From the IMG/VR virus record IMGVR_UViG_3300045988_095268, positions 1-37,831 of that record: 37,831 nucleotides of DNA; one strand, given 5' to 3'. Of this stretch, positions 16,717 to 24,534 are shown one piece after another. Position numbers and translations under genes: made by a program. This stretch comes from a virus. Numbering within the stretch: the first letter of the stretch is position 1; each line of letters starts with the position of its first letter. Below the pieces are notes generated by a model, which was given only the letters and a program-made list of their open reading frames with translations, was not told the DNA's origin and searched no databases.

Positions 16717-17124
16717 ATGAGCCTGCAGAAAATCCGTGAGGCGGTGCAGGCCGCCGAGGGCAACGCCCGCCAGATGGGCGAAGTGGTGCTGATGATCGCA
16801 GAGCACGACGCGCACGCCGCCGAGGTGATCGCCGCCGACCTTGATAACCCGGAGATGAGCTTCGACAAGTGCTTCGCGGCGCTTCGGGCGTATGCGTCAA
16901 AGCATCAGAAGGGCGGTTTCTGGGGCTGCATGTGCAACAGCTACGACCCCGAGAACCCGGTGATCAAGGTCGCGGCTGACTTCTATAAGGTGAATTTGAG
17001 CGAAGCTCAAAGAGAGGATGCCCTGGGGCACAAGGTGGATTTGGGTGCGGCGGCAAGCGAGACGCCGGAAACCCAACCGCTTGGGCGCGGCAGTGACGAT
17101 CTGGATTTGATGAGCCTGCTGTAA
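16717..17124 (+). CDS. PcfK-like protein (135 aa), tentative
   Basis: The pattern SFDKCFAALRAYASKHQKGG...M...D..VIKVAADFY resembles the PcfK-like family seen on conjugative plasmids and phages. It is immediately followed by a PcfJ-like gene, as on pCF10-type elements. Confidence 0.4.
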   Translation: MSLQKIREAVQAAEGNARQMGEVVLMIAEHDAHAAEVIAADLDNPEMSFDKCFAALRAYASKHQKGGFWGCMCNSYDPENPVIKVAADFYKVNLSEAQREDALGHKVDLGAAASETPETQPLGRGSDDLDLMSLL

Positions 17125-17136
17125 GGAGGTGGGAAT

Positions 17137-18660
17137 GTGTTTGAGGTCAATGATATTCCGCCGATTTACGGCCGGGAGCTGCAGGAGCTGATCGGTGAGA
17201 ACGTTCGGCACGAGGAATTTTTGTTTTTCCGTCTGTACGCCGGAGATGAGCAGGATTTTTTTATTCCGGACAGCTACACCCGGCGGTATGAATGTTTTTG
17301 CACCGCCTGCCGGGAACGGTTTACTGAGCCGCATACGGCAGGCCCGGCGAGCAAATGGAGAATGTGCCCGCGCTGCGGCAGGAACGTTACGCCCAAACGG
17401 TGGGCGGCAAACGATCATGCGGCGGCGCTGCGCAAAGTATCATTCGCGTTTCACTTTTTTCAGGTCGGCGCGCACGGCGAGCTGTGGCTGACCTCTAGTC
17501 AGGTGCGGATGAATCCATATTTTCTGGATAGCAAGTATATAGCGAATGAATACTGTCGGTATGTATTTTCTGCCGCCGGCGCGAAAAAGTGGAGCTGGCA
17601 GTATGACGGCTGGGCGCTGCGGAAAAACTGCATGTTCCGGCACTGGTACGACATGGGCGGCGGCCGCCGGGATGATTTCTGGGTGCTGCCGAGTGAGCAG
17701 GAGCTTGCGGCAAGCGCTTTGCGGTACAGCCAGCTTACCGAGGCATTCGCTGTGCTGCACGATCTGACCGGGTATCTGGCACTTTACTGCAAATATCCGG
17801 CGGTGGAATACCTGTGGAAGATGGGGTTCGGCCGCTGGCTGCGGAAGCGCGAGCAGGGCGGCGGCGATTATTTCCGCCGACTGGTAAACCTGCGGGCGAA
17901 GGAGCCGAAAAAGCTGTTCCGCGGACTCGGCAAGGCAGACATTCGTCTGATCCGCAATGAAACTCTTTCAACTGCGGCGAAATACAGCTGCTTGAAACGG
18001 GCGGGCGCAGCGCGCGCAGATACCGCAAGCCTTGCGTTTGCCCGGGCGGCGGATACGGCGATGTTTGATGTCGCTGCGTTTTCGCAGCGCTGCGGCGTGA
18101 CGGCGGCAGAACTGCGAAAGTACATTGAAAAACAGCGGAAGCGCTCTGATCTGGAACTGTCGGCGGTGATGCGTGAGTTTGCCGATTATCAGGCTCAGCT
18201 GGAACGGCTTGCGCCGAACGCGGACAAGCTGCCGCATGATCTGCATGAGGCGCACGCCCGATTGAGCGCGCGCGAGCGGCAGTTGCTGAATCGCGGAAAA
18301 AACGAGAAATTCCGCACACAGCGGCATTTGCTGCAGTGGATGCGGTGGAAGTACAAGGGTATGTTTATCCGCCCGGTGGACAGCGCAGAGGAAATTGTGC
18401 GCGAGGGCGAGGAACAGAACAACTGCGTTGCAGGCTATGCAGACCGGCACGCGGACGGCAAGACCATCATCATGGTGCTGCGCCGGTGCAGCGAACCGCG
18501 CAAGCCGTGGCACACGGTAGAGATCGACCCGGCAACGCTGAAGTGCCGCCAGTGCTACGCCGCGCGCAATCACAACCGCACGCCGGAGGCTGCGGAGTTT
18601 ATGGACAAGTACCTCGACCATTTGCGCGAGGTCACGAAAATGATAAGGAGGTCAGCTTAA
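17137..18660 (+). CDS. PcfJ-like domain protein (507 aa)
   Basis: GTG start after ggaggtggg. N-terminal Cys clusters (CFCTACRERF...MCPRCG). The C-terminal signature EIVREGEEQNNCVAGYADRHADGKTIIMVLRRCSEPRKPWHTVEID is typical of PcfJ-like domains. Confidence 0.6.
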   Translation: MFEVNDIPPIYGRELQELIGENVRHEEFLFFRLYAGDEQDFFIPDSYTRRYECFCTACRERFTEPHTAGPASKWRMCPRCGRNVTPKRWAANDHAAALRKVSFAFHFFQVGAHGELWLTSSQVRMNPYFLDSKYIANEYCRYVFSAAGAKKWSWQYDGWALRKNCMFRHWYDMGGGRRDDFWVLPSEQELAASALRYSQLTEAFAVLHDLTGYLALYCKYPAVEYLWKMGFGRWLRKREQGGGDYFRRLVNLRAKEPKKLFRGLGKADIRLIRNETLSTAAKYSCLKRAGAARADTASLAFARAADTAMFDVAAFSQRCGVTAAELRKYIEKQRKRSDLELSAVMREFADYQAQLERLAPNADKLPHDLHEAHARLSARERQLLNRGKNEKFRTQRHLLQWMRWKYKGMFIRPVDSAEEIVREGEEQNNCVAGYADRHADGKTIIMVLRRCSEPRKPWHTVEIDPATLKCRQCYAARNHNRTPEAAEFMDKYLDHLREVTKMIRRSA

Positions 18661-19557
18661 ATGAGTGAGAATGTTGTGGCGGTACGTTCGATTGAGATCG
18701 TAACCGCGGAAATCACGATGATCCGGGACAATGCCCGCAAGGTTTTTCTGGAGAGCGTGATTCAGATCGGCACGCGGCTTGAGGAGGCCAAGCAGATGGT
18801 GCCGCAGGGCGAGTGGACGGCTTATCTTACGGACAAGCTCGGCTACAAGCCGAGTACCGCGCAGAACTACATGCGCATTGCACGCGAGTTCGGCGGCGGG
18901 CAGGTGAGCCTTACCGGCAAGACGGCGGCGGATGCCTTTGGACAGTTATCCTATTCGCAGATTCTGCCGCTGCTCGGCATGGCTGAGGAGGAGCGCGAGG
19001 AGCTGGCCGAGGAGCACGATCTGCCGAGCATGTCAAGCCGCGAGATTGCGGCGCTTGTGAAGGAGCGGGACGAGGCCAAGGCGGAAGCGGAAAAGGCGGT
19101 GCGTGAGAACGATGCCGCGCAGGCGGCACTGTCCGTTGCCGAGGAGAACCGTGGCAAGGCCATGCGCGAACGGGATGAAGCTGTGCGAAATGCCGAGAAT
19201 GCCAAGGAACGGGCGGACGAACTGCAGGAGCAGCTTGATGCGATCGAGGACAAGCCTGCGGAAGTGCGGGAACTGACTGAGGAGGAATTGGAGGAAATCC
19301 GCTCCAAGGTACGCGAGGAGAACGCCGAGGCCGCCCGCGCCGCTGAGGAACGCGCCCGCGCTGCCGAGGAAAAGCTGGACAAGGTGAAGAACCCTGCGGC
19401 GCACAAGGTCAATTTTCTGTTTGGCGAGGTGCGCGGACTGGTCGAGCGGCTCGAGCAGGCGCTTGAGGAACTGCAGGCGAGCGATGAGGCCGCTTGCGAG
19501 AAGTTTGCAAAGGTGATTGCGGACTGGCTGCGCAAGGAAGGGGATCGTCTGGCGTGA
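18661..19557 (+). CDS. DUF3102-like protein with a long acidic coiled-coil C-terminus (298 aa)
   Basis: The N-terminal block IEIVTAEITMIRDNARKVFLESVIQIGTRLEEAKQMVPQGEWTAYLTDKLGYKPSTAQNYMRIAREFG matches the DUF3102 pattern common on plasmids and phages. Confidence 0.55.
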   Translation: MSENVVAVRSIEIVTAEITMIRDNARKVFLESVIQIGTRLEEAKQMVPQGEWTAYLTDKLGYKPSTAQNYMRIAREFGGGQVSLTGKTAADAFGQLSYSQILPLLGMAEEEREELAEEHDLPSMSSREIAALVKERDEAKAEAEKAVRENDAAQAALSVAEENRGKAMRERDEAVRNAENAKERADELQEQLDAIEDKPAEVRELTEEELEEIRSKVREENAEAARAAEERARAAEEKLDKVKNPAAHKVNFLFGEVRGLVERLEQALEELQASDEAACEKFAKVIADWLRKEGDRLA

Positions 19558-19898
19558 AGAAGAAAGGCAAAGGCAAGCCGCGGGGCATGAATTACGCCGA
19601 TCTGCTCAAGGCGCGGCGGGATCGCTTGCAACTGGCGATGGATGAGGCGGCGCTTTTGAACGTCGAGCAGAGCATGCAGCGGTATCTCTGGCTGATGGCG
19701 GTCAGCCTGCACGATGCTTACGGCTTCGGTCCGGAGCGCCTGCAGAAGTTTTTCGAGGCGTTTCAGGAGAACTCGGACGAGCTTGCGAAAATGCGGGCAG
19801 AGGTAGACGACGATTACGCCTTTGAAAAGCTGCGGCTGCGGGCGGAGGACGTCAGCCGGATGGATATTCGTTATTACGGGAAACTCAAGATTGATTAG
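19554..19898 (+). CDS. Hypothetical protein (114 aa)
   Basis: The GTG at 19554 overlaps the previous stop (GTGA). An alternative ATG lies at 19587. No motif recognised. Confidence 0.5.
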   Translation: MKKKGKGKPRGMNYADLLKARRDRLQLAMDEAALLNVEQSMQRYLWLMAVSLHDAYGFGPERLQKFFEAFQENSDELAKMRAEVDDDYAFEKLRLRAEDVSRMDIRYYGKLKID

Positions 19899-19908
19899 GA
19901 GGAAAAAT

Positions 19909-20268
19909 ATGAATGCAAAGAGAGCGGCAAAGCTGATGCAGATCGCCCATTATTACGGCGAGGAAAAGCAGGTTTGCAAGCTGATGGAAGAACTGGGCGA
20001 GGCTACAAGCGCGGCAAGCGAGGTGCTGATGTTGCTGAGCTATCACGAGATGAGCGGCAAGAAACGAGATTTGACCGCCAGACTGGAACACCTTGCCGGA
20101 GAACTGGCCGATGTGGTGAACGTGACCGAGCAGATCATCCAGCTGTTTGGACTGGAAACTGATTTTAAGGTGGCACGCCATGCGGGCGTGCAGAAAACCT
20201 TGAAGAGAATTAGAGAGGAGGAACAGGCGAATGAGACACGAGATGAGCCTGCGCGGCGGAATCTTTAA
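19909..20268 (+). CDS. MazG-like all-alpha nucleoside-triphosphate pyrophosphohydrolase (119 aa), tentative
   Basis: RBS taggaggaaaaatATG. Paired acidic helices KLMEELGEATSAASEV and LAGELADVVNVTEQI match the EExGE / ExxD pattern of small phage MazG proteins. Confidence 0.5.
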   Translation: MNAKRAAKLMQIAHYYGEEKQVCKLMEELGEATSAASEVLMLLSYHEMSGKKRDLTARLEHLAGELADVVNVTEQIIQLFGLETDFKVARHAGVQKTLKRIREEEQANETRDEPARRNL

Positions 20269-20623
20269 TGATGCGGTCGATTTATTCGATACGAAGCTGC
20301 GTGATGTTCTGAATACCCTGCTGCGGCAGGGCTTGAGCGAGGGCAGTGTAACACTCAAAGTTAATGTGGAGCTTTGGAATGTGGGAGAGCAGGACGAGAA
20401 CGGTATCTATCACGAAACCAACAAGACCCATTTTGATTACAATGTTACCTCAGCCATTACGCAGAAAAACAAGTCTAACGGCGAGGTCAAGGAGATGCTC
20501 AAGCTGCGCTGCGTGGACGGTCAGCTCGAACTGCGCGATCTCGACGAGAACACGCTGTTTGATATTGTGGAGGGTGGTGTTCAGGATGGAGCGCAGCCCG
20601 GCAGAGACGGCACACCTGGCTGA
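20231..20623 (+). CDS. Hypothetical protein (130 aa)
   Basis: RBS agaggaggaacaggcgaATG. No recognised motif. Confidence 0.55.
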   Translation: MRHEMSLRGGIFNDAVDLFDTKLRDVLNTLLRQGLSEGSVTLKVNVELWNVGEQDENGIYHETNKTHFDYNVTSAITQKNKSNGEVKEMLKLRCVDGQLELRDLDENTLFDIVEGGVQDGAQPGRDGTPG

Positions 20624-20852
20624 TTCGCATTACAGCCGGTCGTTTGGACGGCCGCCGGATAATGAAATGCGTGAGTTTATCCGGAACGCTGCCGAGCACG
20701 GTTTGACAGCAGACGAGCTGATCAACTGCATGACAGCGGCTGTGGTTACTTATGGGTTTGGCGCGTATGAGCGCGATTACCGCAAGGTTTTCGTGGCTGA
20801 GGCGCGGAAGGTTTGGAAGATGAAAAACGGAAAAGAGAAAGCCAGCCCGTGA
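20586..20852 (+). CDS. Hypothetical protein (88 aa), last gene of the rightward early block
   Basis: Internal ATG at 20586 of ORF 20364..20852. Its stop lies in the loop of the bidirectional terminator. Confidence 0.5.
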   Translation: MERSPAETAHLADSHYSRSFGRPPDNEMREFIRNAAEHGLTADELINCMTAAVVTYGFGAYERDYRKVFVAEARKVWKMKNGKEKASP

Positions 20853-20864
20853 AGGGCTGGCTTT
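20838..20864. terminator. Bidirectional hairpin terminator between convergent transcription units
   Basis: aaagccagccc-gtgaa-gggctggcttt forms an 11-bp perfect stem flanked by A and T runs. Confidence 0.8.
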
Positions 20865-20869
20865 GAGGG

Positions 20870-21292
20870 TTAAGGTTTCGTTGTGAGGCGGTGACCGAGA
20901 CGGATTTCTTCTTCGGTCCAGCCGAGCTTGCGGCGCGCGAAATTTCGCATATATGTGGTGCGGGCAGCTTTGCGGCATTTTGGACAATATTTCACATTTG
21001 TTCCGCCCTGAAATTCTGCACCACATATACTGCATTTATGAGGAATGCTGCGCTGCGACTCTGATATTTTTTTGCGTATCGCTTCGTTTCGCTGAGCATG
21101 GTGCGCACAGCCGCAGCTTTGGTTGCGCGAATTATAGAAGAATGTGCGGGAACGTATAAAAACATTTCCGCAACGCTTACAGCGAGCACGGATGCGCGTC
21201 TTGCCATCCGGCAGGCGGATACGCTCGATAAATTCAAATGGTCCGTCTGGGCGACATTGCGGAAGCGTGACGTGCGTGTATGGCTTTGACAT
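20870..21292 (-). CDS. Cys-rich (multi zinc-ribbon) basic protein (140 aa), 4th gene of the antisense operon
   Basis: The ATG at 21292 sits 1 nt after the upstream stop. CxxC pairs: CKRCGN...CGCAHH, CSICGA...CPKCRK. Confidence 0.6.
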   Translation of the reverse strand: MSKPYTHVTLPQCRPDGPFEFIERIRLPDGKTRIRARCKRCGNVFIRSRTFFYNSRNQSCGCAHHAQRNEAIRKKISESQRSIPHKCSICGAEFQGGTNVKYCPKCRKAARTTYMRNFARRKLGWTEEEIRLGHRLTTKP

Positions 21293-21293
21293 A

Positions 21294-21626
21294 TCAGACG
21301 TATTTCTGCCAGACGTTATCTTCGTGCAGCGCTTGGATCTTCTCGATCGCTTCATCAGAATACCAGCGATTACGGAAGTAAATCTCAGTACCGGCACGGC
21401 GTCCATACCATGCGTCTACGCAAAGTTCGACGATCTTTGCTTCGTTGCCATAGTCCTCCGGCGGCAGGAGTTTTGACGGTATGCGGAACGGCTCCTGCGG
21501 GCCGTGTGTCCATACGTTGTAACGTTCGATCTGCAGGCGGCCGTCGCCGATGTTATAGATGATATAGCCTTCTTCGTTGCCGACGTCCAGCTTTCCTTCA
21601 AAGCTGCGGTAAAGCTCTTTTTTCAT
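21294..21626 (-). CDS. Hypothetical protein (110 aa), 3rd gene of the antisense operon
   Basis: Tightly coupled (3-nt gap) to the upstream gene. No motif recognised. Confidence 0.6.
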   Translation of the reverse strand: MKKELYRSFEGKLDVGNEEGYIIYNIGDGRLQIERYNVWTHGPQEPFRIPSKLLPPEDYGNEAKIVELCVDAWYGRRAGTEIYFRNRWYSDEAIEKIQALHEDNVWQKYV

Positions 21627-21629
21627 TTT

Positions 21630-22037
21630 TCAGTCCTCCTTGAGTGCATTTGTGAGCAGCGTCTCGACATAGGCGCTGAGGCTGATATTCTGTGCAGCCG
21701 CGATACGGCGGGACTGCTCGATGAGCGAGCAGGGAAGCGAAAGATTGATAGCTGCGCGGCTGTCATCCTCGGATACGGTGCCGAAAAGCTCCTCGTATTT
21801 GTTGGCGGAAACGTTGCTTTCAGCCCACTGCCGTGCGTCCTCGTAGGACAGCGGAACAATGCCATCGTCCAGCGGACCGCGGAATACGTCGCGGAACAGG
21901 AAGAATTCGCCGTTACGCTTTTGGTACAGGGTCAAGGCATAGAAATCGTATTCTTCGATGCTGCCGATATCGACAGGATCGGAGCAGCGTTTGGCGGTGG
22001 ATGTGTCGTAAACGCGGTTGTTGATGATCTTTTTCAT
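21630..22037 (-). CDS. Hypothetical protein (135 aa) with a C-terminal ribbon-helix-helix-like tail, 2nd gene of the antisense operon
   Basis: The C-terminus AINLSLPCSLIEQSRRIAAAQNISLSAYVETLL resembles a CopG/Arc-type RHH. There is a 4-nt gap to the upstream gene. Confidence 0.6.
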   Translation of the reverse strand: MKKIINNRVYDTSTAKRCSDPVDIGSIEEYDFYALTLYQKRNGEFFLFRDVFRGPLDDGIVPLSYEDARQWAESNVSANKYEELFGTVSEDDSRAAINLSLPCSLIEQSRRIAAAQNISLSAYVETLLTNALKED

Positions 22038-22041
22038 GGTG

Positions 22042-22809
22042 TTACTCCTTTCGGCTGGCGTGGCTGATATTATTAGCGATAAGATTGCAAATACGCTCGA
22101 ACTCGTGTTTTGGGTCAGCTGTTATTGCTGCGGTAAGCTGATCCGGCCGGCAGTCCGGGTTGAGGCCGAGCGCCTCGTAAGGCAAGGCGGCAGTGAAATA
22201 TGAGGTTTCCAATGACGGAACATTGGTCAATCGGCCTGCGCGGTCGATATGCACGATAAATTCAAGGTGATCGTCATGAGTTTGCGGATAGCGGTTTAAC
22301 AGGTATTCATGGATTTCTGCTGCAGTGTGCTGCGGCTCGGGTTCTTTGGCCGGCGCCTCTGCGGGCTGCGGCTTGGGCTCAACAGCTGCTTTGATCTCCT
22401 CAAGCAGTTCCGGCTCATCCTTAACGGTAGAGGTGCAAAGAAGATTTGCGCTCATGCCGCGGTGCTCGATCCACCACTTTGCCTCGGTTTTGTGTGCTGC
22501 GATAACATCAAATGCGGCTTTCCATGTCTTGTCGAGATCGGTTGAATGCTCGATCTGGTGAACAAAATCAGCGCGGATGCTGATTGCCCAGCTGATCTGC
22601 TTTGGGGAACCGGTCAGCTCCGGCATGTAAGCGGTAGCTGCTGCGGCTGCTGCAGTTTCGCGCTCGTGGCGGCACTCGTCACACTCGGTGATATTGGCGA
22701 CGGCCCACTGCTCGAAATTGCGGGCGATCTCGGTATTGCGCTTATTGGCACGGATAACAAATTCCTTGCCACAGGTTGCACATTTGCAGGTTGCGTTAGC
22801 GATTGCCAT
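22042..22809 (-). CDS. Hypothetical protein (255 aa) with an N-terminal zinc ribbon, 1st gene of the antisense operon
   Basis: CKCATCGK...CDECRH zinc ribbon. A conserved-looking LTGSPKQISWAISIR block. A Pro/Glu/Ala linker (EPKPQPAEAPAKEPEPQ). RBS aaagggg upstream of the ATG. Confidence 0.65.
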   Translation of the reverse strand: MAIANATCKCATCGKEFVIRANKRNTEIARNFEQWAVANITECDECRHERETAAAAAATAYMPELTGSPKQISWAISIRADFVHQIEHSTDLDKTWKAAFDVIAAHKTEAKWWIEHRGMSANLLCTSTVKDEPELLEEIKAAVEPKPQPAEAPAKEPEPQHTAAEIHEYLLNRYPQTHDDHLEFIVHIDRAGRLTNVPSLETSYFTAALPYEALGLNPDCRPDQLTAAITADPKHEFERICNLIANNISHASRKE

Positions 22810-22864
22810 ATTGATAACCCCTTTCAGGTGTTTTGTTGATCTCTTTAACTGTCTTTATTATAGC

Positions 22865-22913
22865 ATAGAGTTTGCGCAAAGTCAATAGATATATAGAGTT
22901 TGCGCAAAGTCAA
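22865..22913. repeat. Two 21-bp direct repeats, each containing the perfect palindrome TTTGCGCAAA. Candidate operator/iteron between divergent units.
   Basis: atagagtttgcgcaaagtcaa occurs at 22865-22885 and again at 22893-22913 (28-bp period). A TATAAT lies at 22927-22932, just downstream. Confidence 0.85.
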
Positions 22914-22988
22914 GTGACGAAAAACATATAATATTTTTGTACAATATGTTGCGGCGCAGATGCAGGAGTCGGCCGCAAGAGGTGATTT

Positions 22989-23783
22989 ATGATTTATCAA
23001 AAACAGGAGTGCAATGGTGCGCTCTATCAGATGTGCCTTTATTCCATGGGCACGATGCCGGGCATGTCGCCCAGGCAGAGGGCGGGCAGACGGCGGACAA
23101 CCGAGAAGGCCAAGCAGGAGATCAACCGGCGACAGCGCAAATGGCGGCTGATGCAGCTAATCAACGCCAATTTTGTGAGCGGTCGGGATCTGTTTGTTTG
23201 CTTGACGTATGCGCCGGAGGCGTCCAGAGCGCGGGCTTTGGAGAAATTCCATGCGAAGATGAAAAAGGCGTATGCAAAGATTGGCCTTAAATACAAGTAC
23301 ATAGCAGTAACAGAGGAGCACGACATGGACGGCGAGCCGGTGCGGCTGCACCATCACCTGATTCTCAGCGGCGCGCACGGCGTGCAGCTGGCCGATGTGG
23401 TGCGTGATTGCTGGGCTTCCGGTCTGGCCGATGTGCGGACTCTGCGCGAGGGCGCGGACTTTTTTGAGGACACCGCCATCTATCTGCTCAAGGAGGACAG
23501 CCACAAGGGCAAGGGCGCCCGCCGGTACTCCACCAGCCGCAATTTGACCCCGCCTGCAGAGCCGGTTCGGCTCAGACTGGGCGAGGAGGAGGAGGCCGAA
23601 GTGCCGCCCGGCGTGAAGATCATCGAACATGTGCAGAACGCGAATGAGTTCGGCAGGTATGAGGTTATGGTCGGCCGCATTTACAATCAGGCGGCGTTTG
23701 ACGCATGGTGGCAGATACAGCGGCGCAGGGCTGCTCCCGATCCGTGGGAACGGCTGCGCAGGAGACGGCAAAGAAAAGTTTAA
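22989..23783 (+). CDS. HUH-superfamily rolling-circle replication initiator (Rep, 264 aa)
   Basis: Motif I FVCLTYA, motif II (HUH) VRLHHHLILSG, motif III (YxxK) TAIYLLKE. RBS agaggtgatttATG. Confidence 0.7.
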   Translation: MIYQKQECNGALYQMCLYSMGTMPGMSPRQRAGRRRTTEKAKQEINRRQRKWRLMQLINANFVSGRDLFVCLTYAPEASRARALEKFHAKMKKAYAKIGLKYKYIAVTEEHDMDGEPVRLHHHLILSGAHGVQLADVVRDCWASGLADVRTLREGADFFEDTAIYLLKEDSHKGKGARRYSTSRNLTPPAEPVRLRLGEEEEAEVPPGVKIIEHVQNANEFGRYEVMVGRIYNQAAFDAWWQIQRRRAAPDPWERLRRRRQRKV

Positions 23784-23987
23784 GATATCGGCGGCCGGGT
23801 CCGCCTGACAGCCTTGTAGGGGGTCTAACAATTCCCCTGCAGTTTGTCGGAGAGGTTCGGACGAATGAATACAGAATGTAATCACATTACTATTCGTACT
23901 CTTTCAAAGGACGGAGCGCGCGGAAGCGCGTAACGGTGACGGCAGTAAGGCGGGAAATCTGCGCGGCAGGAGGTGCAGCACGGCACA

Positions 23988-24353
23988 ATGACAAAAGACA
24001 GGTTGAAACAGGTGGAAAGCCTGGTCTGTGAACTGGAAGAAGAAAGAGAACGGTTTGCGCGGGAGGCGCGGCACCACAAGCGGATCGAGGAGACTTACGG
24101 CGTCGGCTGTCTGTTTGGCCGGGATGCGCTGGACGCGGCACGGGATCGGCTGCAGGCCATTGAGGCAGAGTGCCAGGATGAGCGCGACACGGTGCGGCAG
24201 TGGATCGACAGCGTTTCCGACTCCATGACGCGGCGTGCGCTGCGGCTGCGGTATCTGGACGGCAAGAGCTGGAGCGAGTGCGCCCGGCGGATGGGGTATG
24301 CGGATGAGAGCGGGCCACGCAAGCTGGTGGAGCGACACCTGCGGATGGGGTGA
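23988..24353 (+). CDS. Sigma-70 region-4-like HTH protein, candidate late-gene transcriptional activator (121 aa)
   Basis: The C-terminus MTRRALRLRYLDGKSWSECARRMGYADESGPRKLVERHL is a region-4-type HTH. The N-terminus is coiled coil. It lies upstream of the packaging/structural module. The start (ATG 23988 versus GTG 23973) is uncertain. Confidence 0.6.
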   Translation: MTKDRLKQVESLVCELEEERERFAREARHHKRIEETYGVGCLFGRDALDAARDRLQAIEAECQDERDTVRQWIDSVSDSMTRRALRLRYLDGKSWSECARRMGYADESGPRKLVERHLRMG

Positions 24354-24438
24354 CGCGCATGCACCCCGTCCGCTTTGCTGTGCCCTGCGGTGTAAAAATA
24401 GGGCATGCCTCAACGTGCAGGAGCGGAAAAACGGCGGA

Positions 24439-24509
24439 AACGTAAAAATAAAGTCGGTTTTACGTTATATTTACAAGTGTAAAGGCAAATCAAGAATGTA
24501 AACTTTACA
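24439..24509. promoter_or_regulatory. Cluster of three short palindromes immediately upstream of the small serine recombinase gene (res-like / autoregulatory candidate)
   Basis: aacgtaaaa-N10-ttttacgtt (24439-24466), TTTACAagTGTAAA (24470-24483) and TGTAAAcTTTACA (24497-24509). Confidence 0.5.
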
Positions 24510-24534
24510 AACTATCAACAGGAGTGTGGACAAA

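Noticed and set aside
22865-22913. A CRISPR-like array. This was also considered for the 30-bp tandem units at 37616-37705.
   Set aside because: There are only two copies with a 7-bp spacer at 22865-22913. The 30-bp units are contiguous coding repeats without spacers. No cas genes are present.
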